DNA of 64,000 nucleotides from Eimeria praecox (Eukaryota): the NCBI GenBank assembly GCA_963920595.1, contig OY986947.1:248001-312000 (forward strand), given 5' to 3'. The position numbers and the translations under genes were made by a program. Shown here piece after piece: positions 25,101 through 40,100 of this stretch. Positions within the stretch are counted from its first letter, which is position 1, and each line of letters opens with the position of its first letter. Under the pieces are notes generated by a model. The model searched no databases and was not told the DNA's origin. It saw nothing but the letters and a program-made list of their open reading frames with translations.

Positions 25101-28100
25101 CCAAACCATCATGCATCTAGCGTCTCCACCTCAACACGCACGCCCCCGGAAACGCTCAACATGCAACACCCTCACAACCAGTGCCAAACGTGCCACAACA
25201 CCACCGAAAACGAATCCAGAGCTTCACCAACCCCGTTCTAGGCAGTCGAGCATGTGTACAACCTCCGACGGGAATTGCCGCCTCCAAGCTAGAGTCTCTT
25301 CCACTGTTTCGATACTACAACCACAATCACGCACGTCCTGCACAAAAGAAACAGCGCGCGCAGCACAACTCCCTGATAAGCAAGATTCTTGCATTCCTCA
25401 CCTTGCCGCCCGTCGGTGCTATCATGCACCCGCTCCCACCCACCTCCACACAACAGGCAGTAAAACCCATGATTCACAAAACAGCTCATTGAGAGAGCCT
25501 AACCCTGTCCGCAATATCATACCCAATCGTCCAAACCATCATGCATCTAGCGTTCCCACCTCAGCACGCACGCCCGCGGAAACGCTCAACATCCAACAAC
25601 CTCACAACCAGTGCCAAACGTGCCACAACACCACCGCCGAAAACGAATCCAGAGCTTCACCAACCCCGTTCTAGGCAGTCGATCGTGTGTACAACCTCTG
25701 ACGGGAATTGCCGCCTGCATGCTGGAGCCTCTTCCACTGTTCCGATACTACAACCACAATCACGCACGTCCTGCACAAGAGAAACAGCGCGCGCAGCACA
25801 ACTCCCTGATGAGCACGATTCTTGCATTCCGCACCTTGCCGCACGTCGGTGGTGTCATGAGTCCGCTCCCACCCACCTCCACACAACAGGCAGCGGAACC
25901 CATGATTTAAAACAGCTCATTGAGAGAGCCTAACCCTGTCCGCAATACCATATGCAGACATTCACCAACCGGGCTCTAGACAGTCGATCGTGTGTGCAAC
26001 GTCTGACGGGAATTGCCGCCTCTAAGCTAGAGGCTCTACCACTGTTTCGATATTACAACCACAATCACGCACGTCCTACACAAGAGAAACAACGCGCGCA
26101 GCACAACTCCCTGATAAGGACGATTCTTGCATTCCTCACCTTGCCGCCCGTCGGTGCTATCATGCATCCGCTCCCACCCACCTCCACACAACAGGCAGTG
26201 GAACCCATGATTCACAAAACAGCTCATTGAGAGAGCCTAACCCTGTCCGCAATATCATACCCAATCGTCCAAACCATCATGCATCTAGCGTCTCCACCTC
26301 AACACGCACGCCCCCGGAAACGCTCAACATGCAACACCCTCACAACCAGTGCCAAACGTGCCACAACACCACCGCCGAAAACGAATGCAGACATTCACCA
26401 ACCCCGTTCTAGGCAGTCGAGCATGTGTACAACCTCTGACGGGAATTGCCGCCTCCAAGCTAGAGTCTCTTCCACTGTTTCGATACTACAACCACAATCA
26501 CGCACGTCCTGCACAAAAGAAACAGCGCGCGCAGCACAACTCCCTGATGAGCAAGATTCTTGCATTCCTCACCTTGCCGCCCGTCGGTGCTATCATGCAT
26601 CCGCTCCCACCCAGATCCACACAACAGGCAGTGGAACCCATGATTCACAAAACAGCTCATTGAGAGAGCCTAACCCTGTCCGCAATATCATACCCAATCG
26701 TCCAAACCATCATGCATCTAGCGTTCCCACCTCAGCACGCACGCCCGCGGAAACGCTCAACATCCAACAACCTCACAACCAGTGCCAAACGTGCCACAAC
26801 ACCACCGCCGAAAACAATCCAGAGCTTTACCAACCCCGTTCTAGCCAGTCGATCGTGTGTACAACCTCTGACGGGAATTGCCGCCTCCAAGCTAGAGGCT
26901 CTTCCACTGTTTCGATACTACAATCACAACCACGTACCTGCTGCACAAGAAAAAACAACGGGCGCAGCACAACTCCCTGATAAGCACGATTCTTGCATTC
27001 CTCACCTTGCCGCCCGTCGGTGGTGTCATGAGTCCGCTCCCACCCACCTCCACACAACAGGCAGCGGAACCCATGATTCACAAACCAGCTCATTGAGAGA
27101 GCCTAACCCTGTCCGCAATACCATACCCAATCGTCCAAAACGTGATGCATCTAGCGTTCCCACCTCAGCACGCACACCCGCGGAAACGCTCAACATGCAA
27201 CACCCTCACACCCAGTGGCAAGCGTGCCACAACACCACCGCCGAAAAAGAATGCAGACATTCACCAACCCCGATCTAGACAGTCGATCGTATGTACAGCG
27301 TCTGACGTGAATTGCCGCCTCCAAGCTAGAGGCGTTTCCACTGTTTCGATACTACAATCACAACCACGTACCTGCTGCACAAGAGAAACAACGGGCGCAG
27401 CACAACGCCCTGATGAGAACGATTCTTCCATTCCTCACCTTGCTGCCCGTCGGTGCTGTCATGCATCTGCTCCCACCCACCTCCACACAACAGGCAGTGG
27501 AACCCATGATTCACAAACCAGCTCATTGAGAGAGCCTAACCCTGTCCGCAATATCATACCCAATCGTCCCAATCATCATGCATCTAGCGTTCCCACCTCA
27601 GCACGCACACCCGCGGAAACGCTCAACATGCAACACCCTCACAACCAGTGGCAAACGTGCCACAACACCACCGCCGAAAACGAATCCAGAGCTTCACCAA
27701 CCCCGTTCTAGGCAGTCGATCGTATGTGCAACGTCTGACGTGAATTGCCGCCTCCAAGCTAGAGGCGTTTCCACTGTTTCGATACTACAATCACAACCAC
27801 GTACCTGCTGCACAAGAAAAAACAACGGGCGCAGCACAACTCCCTGATGAGCAAGATTCTGGCATTCCTCACCTTGCCGCACGTCGGTGGTGTCATGAGT
27901 CCGCTCCCACCCACCTCCACACAACAGGCAGCGGAACCCATGATTTAAAACAGCTCATTGAGAGAGCCTAACCCTGTCCGCAATACCATATGCAGACATT
28001 CACCAACCGGGCTCTAGACAGTCGATCGTGTGTGCAACGTCTGACGGGAATTGCCGCCTCTAAGCTAGAGGCTCTACCACTGTTTCGATATTACAACCAC

Positions 28101-31100
28101 AATCACGCACGTCCTACACAAGAGAAACAACGCGCGCAGCACAACTCCCTGATAAGCACGATTCTTGCATTCCTCACATTGCCGCCCGTCGGTGCTATCA
28201 TGCATCCGCTCCCACCCACCTCCACACAACAGGCAGTGGAACCCATGATTCACAAAACAGCTCATTGAGAGAGCCTAACCCTGTCCGCAATATCATACCC
28301 AATCGTCCAAACCATCATGCATCTAGCGTCTCCACCTCAACACGCACGCCCCCGGAAACGCTCAACATGCAACACCCTCACAACCAGTGCCAAACGTGCC
28401 ACAACACCACCGCCGAAAACGAATCCAGAGCTTCACCAACCCCGTTCTAGGCAGTCGAGCATGTGTACAACCTCCGACGGGAATTGCCGCCTCCAAGCTA
28501 GAGTCTCTTCCACTGTTTCGATACTACAACCACAATCACGCACGTCCTGCACAAAAGAAACAGCGCGCGCAGCACAACTCCCTGATGAGCAAGATTCTTG
28601 CATTCCTCACCTTGCCGCCCGTCGGTGCTATCATGCATCCGCTCCCACCCACCTCCACACAACAGGCAGTGGAACCCATGATTCACAAAACAGCTCATTG
28701 AGAGAGCCTAACCCTGTCCGCAATATCATACCCAATCGTCCAAACCATCATGCATCTAGCGTTCCCACCTCAGCACGCACGCCCGCGGAAACGCTCAACA
28801 TCCAACAACCTCACAACCAGTGCCAAACGTGCCACAACACCACCGCCGAAAAAGAATGCAGACATTCACCAACCCCGCTCTAGACAGCCGATCGTATGTT
28901 CAACGTCTGACGGGAATTGCCGCCTCCAAGCTAGAGGCGTTTCCACTGTTTCGATACTACAATCACAACCACGTACCTGCTGCACAAGAAAAAACAACGG
29001 GCGCAGCACAACTCCCTGATGAGCAAGATTCTTGCATTCCTCACCTTGCCGCCCGTCGGTGGTGTCATGAATTGGCTCCCACCCAGCTCCACACAACAGG
29101 CAGTGGAACCCATGATTCACAAACCAGCTCATTGAGAGAGCCTAACCCTGTCCGCAATACCATACCCAATCGTCCCGATCATCATGCATCTAGCGTTCCC
29201 ACCTCAGCACGCACACCCGCGGAAACGCTCAACATGCAACACCCTCACACCCAGTGGCAAGCGTGCCACAACACCACCGCCGAAAAAGAATGCAGACATT
29301 CACCAACCCCGATCTAGACAGTCGATCGTATGTACAGCGTCTGACGTGAATTGCCGCCTCCAAGCTAGAGGCGTTTCCACTGTTTCGATACTACAATCAC
29401 AACCACGTACCTGCTGCACAAGAGAAACAACGGGCGCAGCACAACGCCCTGATGAGAACGATTCTTCCATTCCTCACCTTGCTGCCCGTCGGTGCTGTCA
29501 TGCATCTGCTCCCACCCACCTCCACACAACAGGCAGTGGAACCCATGATTCACAAACCAGCTCATTGAGAGAGCCTAACCCTGTCCGCAATATCATACCC
29601 AATCGTCCCAATCATCATGCATCTAGCGTTCCCACCTCAGCACGCACACCCGCGGAAACGCTCAACATGCAACACCCTCACAACCAGTGGCAAACGTGCC
29701 ACAACACCACCGCCGAAAACGAATCCAGAGCTTCACCAACCCCGTTCTAGACAGTCGATCGTATGTGCAACGTCTGACGGGAATTGCCGCCTGCATGCTG
29801 GAGTCTCTTCCACTGTTTCGATACTACAATCACAACCACGTACCTGCTGCACAAGAAAAAACAACGCGCCCAGCACAACTCCCTGATGAGCAAGATTCTT
29901 GCATTCCTCACCTTGCCGCCCGTCGGTGGTGTCATGAATTGGCTCCCACCCAGCTCCACACAACAGGCAGTGGAACCCATGATTCACAAACCAGCTCATT
30001 GAGAGAGCCTAACCCTGTCCGCAATACCATACCCAATCGTCCCGATCATCATGCATCTAGCGTTCCCACCTCAGCACGCACACCCGCGGAAACGCTCAAC
30101 ATGCAACACCCTCACACCCAGTGGCAAGCGTGCCACAACACCACCGCCGAAAAAGAATGCAGACATTCACCAACCCCGATCTAGACAGTCGATCGTATGT
30201 ACAGCGTCTGACGTGAATTGCCGCCTCCAAGCTAGAGGCGTTTCCACTGTTTCGATACTACAATCACAACCACGTACCTGCTGCACAAGAGAAACAACGG
30301 GCGCAGCACAACGCCCTGATGAGAACGATTCTTCCATTCCTCACCTTGCTGCCCGTCGGTGCTGTCATGCATCTGCTCCCACCCACCTCCACACAACAGG
30401 CAGTGGAACCCATGATTCACAAACCAGCTCATTGAGAGAGCCTAACCCTGTCCGCAATATCATACCCAATCGTCCCAATCATCATGCATCTAGCGTTCCC
30501 ACCTCAGCACGCACACCCGCGGAAACGCTCAACATGCAACACCCTCACAACCAGTGGCAAACGTGCCACAACACCACCGCCGAAAACGAATCCAGAGCTT
30601 CACCAACCCCGTTCTAGGCAGTCGATCGTATGTGCAACGTCTGACGGGAATTGCCGCCTCCAAGCTAGAGTCTCTTCCACTGTTTCGATACTACAACCAC
30701 AATCACGCACGTCCTGCACAAAAGAAACAGCGCGCGCAGCACAACTCCCTGATGAGCACGATTCTTGCATTCCACACCTTGCCGCACGTCGGTGGTGTCA
30801 TGAGTCCGCTCCCACCCACCTCCACACAACAGGCAGCGGAACCCATGATTCACAAACCAGCTCATTGAGAGAGCCTAACCCTGTCCGCAATACCATACCC
30901 AATCGTCCCGATCATCATGCATCTAGCGTTCCCACCTCAGCACGCACACCCGCGGAAACGCTCAACATGCAACACCCTCACACCCAGTGGCAAGCGTGCC
31001 ACAACACCGCCGCCGAAAAAGAATGCAGACATTCACCAACCCCGATCTAGACAGTCGATCGTATGTACAGCGTCTGACGTGAATTGCCGCCTCCAAGCTA

Positions 31101-34100
31101 GAGGCGTTTCCACTGTTTCGATACTACAATCACAACCACGTACCTGCTGCACAAGAGAAACAACGGGCGCAGCACAACGCCCTGATGAGAACGATTCTTC
31201 CATTCCTCACCTTGCCGCCCGTCGGTGGTGTCATGAATTGGCTCCCACCCAGCTCCACACAACAGGCAGTGGAACCCATGATTCACAAACCAGCTCATTG
31301 AGAGAGCCTAACCCTGTCCGCAATATCATACCCAATCGTCCCAATCATCATGCATCTAGCGTTCCCACCTCAGCACGCACACCCGCGGAAACGCTCAACA
31401 TGCAACACCCTCACAACCAGTGGCAAACGTGCCACAACACCACCGCCGAAAAAGAATGCAGACATTCACCAACCCCGATCTAGACAGTCGATCGTATGTG
31501 CAACGTCTGACGGGAATTGCCGCCTCCAAGCTAGAGGCTCTTCCACTGTTTCGATACTACAATCACAACCACGTACCTGCTGCACAAGAAAAAACAACGC
31601 GCGCAGCACAACTCCCTGAGGAGCACGATTCTTCCATTCCTCACCTTGCTGCCCGTCGGTGCTGTCATGCATCCGCTCCCACCCACCTCCACACAACGGG
31701 CAGTGGAACCCATGATTCACAAACCAGCTCATTGAGAGAGCCTAACCCTGTCCGCAATATCATACCCAATCGCCCAAACCATCATGCATCTAGCGTTCCC
31801 ACCTCAGCACGCACACCCGCGGAAACGCTCAACATCCAACACCCTCACAACCAGTGGCAAACGTGCCACAACACCACCGCCGAAAAAGAATGCAGACATA
31901 CATTCACCAACCCCGCTCTAGACAGTTGATCGTATGTACAGCGTCTGACGTGAATTGCCGCCTCCAAGCTAGAGGCGTTTCCACTGTTTCGATACTACAA
32001 TCACAACCACGTACCTGCTGCACAAGAAAAAACAACGGGCGCAGCACAACTCCCTGATGAGCAAGATTCTTGCATTCCTCACCTTGCCGCCCGTCGGTGG
32101 TGTCATGAATTGGCTCCCACCCAGCTCCACACAACAGGCAGTGGAACCCATGATTCACAAACCAGCTCATTGAGAGAGCCTAACCCTGTCCGCAATATCA
32201 TACCCAATCGTCCCAATCATCATGCATCTAGCGTTCCCACCTCAGCACGCACACCCGCGGAAACGCTCAACATGCAACACCCTCACAACCAGTGGCAAAC
32301 GTGCCACAACACCACCGCCGAAAACGAATCCAGAGCTTCACCAACCCCGTTCTAGACAGTCGATCGTATGTGCAACGTCTGACGGGAATTGCCGCCTGCA
32401 TGCTGGAGTCTCTTCCACTGTTTCGATACTACAATCACAACCACGTACCTGCTGCACAAGAAAAAACAACGCGCCCAGCACAACTCCCTGATGAGCAAGA
32501 TTCTTACATTCCTCACCTTGCCGCCCGTCGGTGGTGTCATGAATTGGCTCCCACCCAGCTCCACACAACAGGCAGTGGAACCCATGATTCACAAACCAGC
32601 TCATTGAGAGAGCCTAACCCTGTCCGCAATACCATACCCAATCGTCCCAATCATCATGCATCTAGCGTTCCCACCTCAATACGCACACCCGCGGAAACTC
32701 TCAACATGCAACACCCTCACAACCAGTGGCAAACGTGCCACAGCATCACCGCCGAAAAAGAATGCAGACATTCACCAACCCCGATCTAGACAGTCGATCG
32801 TATGTGCAACGTCTGACGGGAATTGCCGCCTCCAAGCTAGAGGCTCTTCCACTGTTTCGATTCTACAATCACAACCACGTACCTGCTGCACAAGAAAAAA
32901 CAACGCGCGCAGCACAACTCCCTGATGAGCACGATTCTGGCATTCCTCACCTTGCTGCCCGTCGGTGCTGTCATGCATCCGCTCCCACCCACCTCCACAC
33001 AACAGGCAGTGGAACCCATGATTCACAAACCAGCTCATTGAGAGAGCCTAACCCTGTCCGCAATATCATACCCAATCGCCCAAACCATCATGCATCTAGC
33101 GTTCCCACCTCAGCACGCACACCCGCGGAAACGCTCAACATGCAACACCCTCACAACCAGTGGCAAACGTGCCACAACACCACCGCCGAAAAAGAATGCA
33201 GACATTCACCAACCCCGATCTAGACAGTCGATCGTATGTGCAACGTCTGACGGGAATTGCCGCCTCCAAGCTAGAGGCTCTTCCACTGTTTCGATACTAC
33301 AATCACAACCACGTACCTGCTGCACAAGCAAAAACAACGCGCCCAGCACAACTCCCTGATGAGCAAGATTCTTGCATTCCTCACCTTGCTGCCCGTCGGT
33401 GCTATCATGCATCCGCTCCCACCCACCTCCACACAACAGGCAGTGGAACCCATGATTCACAAACCAGCTCATTGAGAGAGCCTAACCCTGTCCGCAATAC
33501 CATACCCAATCGTCCCGATCATCATGCATCTAGCGTTCCCACCTCAGCACGCACACCCGCGGAAACGCTCAACATGCAACACCCTCACACCCAGTGGCAA
33601 GCGTGCCACAACACCACCGCCGAAAAAGAATGCAGACATTCACCAACCCCGATCTAGACAGTCGATCGTATGTACAGCGTCTGACGTGAATTGCCGCCTC
33701 CAAGCTAGAGGCGTTTCCACTGTTTCGATACTACAATCACAACCACGTACCTGCTGCACAAGAGAAACAACGGGCGCAGCACAACCCCTGAGGAGCACGA
33801 TTCTTGCATTCCTCACCTTGCTGCCCGTCGGTGCTGTCATGCATCCGCTCCCACCCACCTCCACACAACAGGCAGTAAAACCCATGATTCACAAACCAGC
33901 TCATTGAGAGAGCCTAACCCTGTCCGCAATACCATACCCAATCGTCCCAATCATCATGCATCTAGCGTTCCCACCTCAGCACGCACACCCGCGGAAACGC
34001 TTAACATGCAACACCCTCACAACCAGTGCCAAACGTGCCACAACACCACCGCCGAAAACAATCCAGAGATACACCAACCCCGATCTAGACAGTCGATCGT

Positions 34101-37100
34101 ATGTACAGCGTCTGACGTGAATTGCCGCCTCCAAGCTAGAGGCGTTTCCACTGTTTCGATACTACAATCACAACCACGTACCTGCTGCACAAGAAAAACA
34201 ACGCGCCCAGCACAACTCCCTGATGAGCACGATTCTTCCATTCCTCACCTTGCTGGCCGTCGGTGCTGTCATGCATGCGCACCCACCCACCTCCACACAA
34301 CAGGCAGTGGAACCCATGATTCACAAACCAGCTCATTGAGAGAGCCTAACCCTGTCCGCAATATCATACCCAATCGTCCCAATCATCATGCATCTAGCGT
34401 TCCCACCTCAGCACGCACACCCGCGGAAACGCTCAACACGCAACACCCTCACAACCAGTGGCAAACGTGCCACAACACCACCGCCGAAAAAGAATGCAGA
34501 CATTCACCAACCCCGATCTAGACAGTCGATCGTATGTGCAACGTCTGACGGGAATTGCCGCCTCCAAGCTAGAGGCTCTTCCACTGTTTCGATACTACAA
34601 TCACAACCACGTACCTGCTGCACAAGAAAAAACAACGCGCGCAGCACAACTCCCTGATGAGCACGATTCTTGCATTCCTCACCTTGCTGCCCGTCGGTGC
34701 TGTCATGCATCCGCTCCCACCCACCTCCACACAACAGGCAGTGGAACCCATGATTCACAAACCAGCTCATTGAGAGAGCCTAACCCTGTCCGCAATATCA
34801 TACCCGATCGCCCAAACCATCATGCATCTAGCGTTCCCACCTCAGCACGCACACCCGCGGAAACGCTCAACATGCAACACCCTCACAACCAGTGGCAAAC
34901 GTGCCACAACACCACCGCCGAAAAAGAATGCAGACATTCACCAACCCCGATCTAGACAGTCGATCGTATGTGCAACGTCTGACGGGAATTGCCGCCTCCA
35001 AGCTAGAGGCTCTTCCACTGTTTCGATACTACAATCACAACCACGTACCTGCTGCACAAGAAAAAACAACGCGCGCAGCACAACTCCCTGATGAGCACGA
35101 TTCTTGCATTCCTCACCTTGCTGCCCGTCGGTGCTGTCATGCATCCGCTCCCACCCACCTCCACACAACAGGCAGTGGAACCCATGATTCACAAACCAGC
35201 TCATTGAGAGAGCCTAACCCTGTCCGCAATATCATACCCAATCGCCCAAACCATCATGCATCTAGCGTTCCCACCTCAGCACGCACACCCGCGGAAACGC
35301 TCAACATGCAACAGCCTCACAACCAGTGGCAAACGTGCCACAACACCACCGCCGAAAAAGAATGCAGACATTCACCAACCCCGCTCTAGACAGTCGATCG
35401 TATGTGCAACGTCTGACGGGAATTGCCGCCTCCAAGCTAGAGGCTCTTCCACTGCTTCGATACTACAATCACAACCACGTACCTGCTGCACAAGAAAAAA
35501 CAACGCGCCCAGCACAACTCCCTGATGAGCAAGATTCTTGCATTCCTCACCTTGCTGCCCGTCGGTGCTGTCATGCATCCGCTCCCACCCACCTCCACAC
35601 AACAGGCAGTGGAACCCATGATTCACAAACCAGCTCATTGAGAGAGCCTAACCCTGTCCGCAATACCATACCCAATCGTCCAAATCGTCATGCATCTAGC
35701 GTTCCCACCTCAGCACGCACACCCGCGGAAACGCTCAACATGCAACACCCTCACACCCAGTGGCAAGCGTGCCACAACACCACCGCCGAAAAAGAATGCA
35801 GACATACATTCACCAACCCCGATCTAGACAGTTGATCGTATGTACAGCGTCTGACGGGAATTGCCGCCTCCAAGCTAGAGGCGTTTCCACTGTTTCGATA
35901 CTACAATCACAACCACGTACCTGCTGCACAAGAGAAACAACGGGCGCAGCACAACCCCTGAGGAGCACGATTCTTGCATTCCTCACCTTGCTGCCCGTCG
36001 GTGCTGTCATGCATCCGCTCCCACCCACCTCCACACAACAGGCAGTAAAACCCATGATTCACAAACCAGCTCATTGAGAGAGCCTAACCCTGTCCCCAAT
36101 ACCATACCCAATCGTCCCAATCATCATGCATCTAGCGTTCCCACCTCAGCACGCACACCCGCGGAAACTCTCAACATACAACACCCTCACAACCAGTGGC
36201 AAACGTGCCACAGCATCACCGCCGAAAAAGAATGCAGACATTCACCAACCCCGATCTAGACAGTCGATCGTATGTGCAACGTCTGACGGGAATTGCCGCC
36301 TCCAAGCTAGAGGCTTTTCCACTGTTTCGATACTACAATCACAACCACGTACCTGCTGCACAAGAAAAAACAACGCGCCCAGCATAACTCCCTGATGAGC
36401 ACGATTCTTCCATTCCTCACCTTGCTGGCCGTCGGTGCTGTCATGCATGCGCACCCACCCACCTCCACACAACAGGCAGTAAAACCCATGATTCACAAAC
36501 CAGCTCATTGAGAGAGCCTAACCCTGTCCGGAATATCATACCCAATCGTCCCAATCATCATGCATCTAGCGTTCCCACCTCAGCACGCACACCCGCGGAA
36601 ACGCTCAACATGCAACAGCCTCACAACCAGTGGCAAACGTGCCACAACACCACCGCCGAAAAAGAATGCAGGCATTCACCAACCCCGCTCTAGACAGTCG
36701 ATCGTATGTGCAACGTCTGACGGGAATTGCTGCCTCCAAGCTAGAGGCTCTTCCACTGCTTCGATACTACAATCACAACCACGTACCTGCTGCACAAGAA
36801 AAAACAACGCGCCCAGCACAACTCCCTGATGAGCAAGATTCTTGCATTCCTCACCTTGCCGCCCGTCGGTGCTATCATGCATCCGCTCCCACCCACCTCC
36901 ACACAACAGGCAGTGGAACCCATGATTCACAAACCAGCTCATTGAGAGAGCCTAACCCTGTCCGCAATACCATACCCAATCGTCCAAATCGTCATGCATC
37001 TAGCGTTCCCACCTCAGCACGCACACCCGCGGAAACGCTCAACATGCAACACCCTCACACCCAGTGGCAAGCGTGCCACAACACCACCGCCGAAAAAGAA

Positions 37101-40100
37101 TGCAGACATACATTCACCAACCCCGCTCTAGACAGTTGATCGTATGTACAGCGTCTGACGGGAATTGCCGCCTCCAAGCTAGAGGCGTTTCCACTGTTTC
37201 GATACTACAATCACAACCACGTACCTGCTGCACAAGAGAAACAACGGGCGCAGCACAACTCCCTGATGAGCAAGATTCTTGCATTCCTCACCTTGCCGCC
37301 CGTCGGTGCTATCATGCATCCGCTCCCACCCACCTCCACACAACAGGCAGTGGAACCCATGATTCACAAACCAGCTCATTGAGAGAGCCTAACCCTGTCC
37401 GCAATACCATACCCAATCGTCCCAATCATCATGCATCTAGCGTTCCCACCTCAGCACGCACACCCGCGGAAACGCTTAACATGCAACACCCTCACAACCA
37501 GTGCCAAACGTGCCACAACACCACCGCCGAAAAAGAATGCAGACATTCACCAACCCCGATCTAGACAGTCGATCGTATGTGCAACGTCTGACGGGAATTG
37601 CTGCCTCCAAGCTAGAGGCTCTTCCACTGTTTCGATACTACAATCACAACCACGTACCTGCTGCACAAGAGAAACAACGGGCGCAGCACAACCCCTGAGG
37701 AGCACGATTCTTGCATTCCTCACCTTGCTGCCCGTCGGTGCTGTCATGCATCCGCTCCCACCCACCTCCACACAACAGGCAGTAAAACCCATGATTCACA
37801 AACCAGCTCATTGAGAGAGCCTAACCCTGTCCCCAATACCATACCCAATCGTCCCAATCATCATGCATCTAGCGTTCCCACCTCAATACGCACACCCGCG
37901 GAAACTCTCAACTTCCAACACCGTCACAACCAGTGGCAAACGTGCCACAGCATCACCGCCGAAAAAGAATGCAGACATTCACCAACCCCGATCTAGACAG
38001 TCGATCGTATGTGCAACGTCTGACGGGAATTGCCGCCTCCAAGCTAGAGGCTTTTCCACTGTTTCGATACTACAATCACAACCACGTACCTGCTGCACAA
38101 GAAAAAACAACGCGCGCAGCACAACTCCCTGATGAGCACGATTCTTGCATTCCTCACCTTGCTGCCCGTCGGTGCTGTCATGCATGCGCACCCACCCAGC
38201 TCCACACAACAGGCAGTAAAACCCATGATTCACAAACCAGCTCATTGAGAGAGCCTAACCCTGTCCCCAATACCATACCCAATCGTCCCAATCATCATGC
38301 ATCTAGCGTTCCCACCTCAATACGCACACCCGCGGAAACTCTCAACATACAACACCCTCACAACCAGTGGCAAACGTGCCACAGCATCACCGCCGAAAAA
38401 GAATGCAGACATTCACCAACCCCGCTCTAGACAGTCGATCGTATGTGCAACGTCTGACGGGAATTGCCGCCTCCAAGCTAGAGGCTTTTCCACTGTTTCG
38501 ATACTACAATCACAACCACGTAACTGCTGCACAAGAAAAAACAACGCGCGCAGCACAACTCCCTGATGAGCACGATTCTTCCATTCCTCACCTTGCTGGC
38601 CGTCGGTGCTGTCATGCATCCGCTCCCACCCACCTCCACACAACAGGCAGTGGAACCCATGATTCACAAACCAGCTCATTGAGAGAGCCTAACCCTGTCC
38701 GCAATATCATACCCAATCGTCCCAATCATCATGCATCTAGCGTTCCCACCTCAGCACGCACACCCGCGGAAACGCTCAACATGCAACACCCTCACAACCA
38801 GTGGCAAACGTGCCACAACACCACCGCCGAAAAAGAATGCAGACATTCACCAACCCCGATCTAGACAGTCGATCGTATGTGCAACGTCTGACGGGAATTG
38901 CCGCCTCCAAGCTAGAGGCTCTTCCACTGTTTCGATACTACAATCACAACCACGTACCTGCTGCACAAGAAAAAACAACGCGCGCAGCACAACTCCCTGA
39001 TGAGCACGATTCTTGCATTCCTCACCTTGCTGCCCGTCGGTGCTGTCATGCATCCGCTCCCACCCACCTCCACACAACAGGCAGTGGAACCCATGATTCA
39101 CAAACCAGCTCATTGAGAGAGCCTAACCCTGTCCGCAATACCATACCCAATCGTCCCAATCATCATGCATCTAGCGTTCCCACCTCAATACGCACACCCG
39201 CGGAAACTCTCAACATGCAACACCCTCACAACCAGTGGCAAACGTGCCACAGCATCACCGACGAAAAAGAATGCAGACATTCACCAACCCCGCTCTAGAC
39301 AGTCGATCGTATGTGCAACGTCTGACGGGAATTGCCGCCTCCAAGCTAGAGGCTCTTCCACTGCTTCGATACTACAATCACAACCACGTACCTGCTGCAC
39401 AAGAAAAAACAACGCGCGCAGCACAACTCCCTGATGAGCACGATTCTTCCATTCCTCACCTTGCTGCCCGTCGGTGCTGTCATGCATCCGCTCCCACCCA
39501 CCTCCACACAACAGGCAGTGGAACCCATGATTCACAAACCAGCTCATTGAGAGAGCCTAACCCTGTCCGCAGTATCATACCCAATCGTCCCAATCATCAT
39601 GCATCTAGCGTTTCCACCTCAGCACGCACACCCGCGGAAACGCTCAACTTCCAACACCCTCACAACCAGTGGCAAACGTGCCACAACACCACCGCCGAAA
39701 AAGAATGCAGACATTCACCAACCCCGATCTAGACAGTCGATCGTATGTGCAACGTCTGACGGGAATTGCCGCCTCCAAGCTAGAGGCTCTTCCACTGTTT
39801 CGATACTACAATCACAACCACGTACCTGCTGCACAAGAAAAAACAACGGGCGCAGCACAACTCCCTGATGAGCAAGATTCTTGCATTCCTCACCTTGCCG
39901 CCCGTCGGTGGTGTCATGAATTGGCTCCCACCCAGCTCCACACAACAGGCAGTGGAACCCATGATTCACAAACCAGCTCATTGAGAGAGCCTAACCCTGT
40001 CCGCAACACCATACCCAATCGTCCCAATCATCATGCATCTAGCGTTCCCACCTCAGCACGCACACCCGCGGAAACGCTTAACATGCAACGCCCTCACAAC

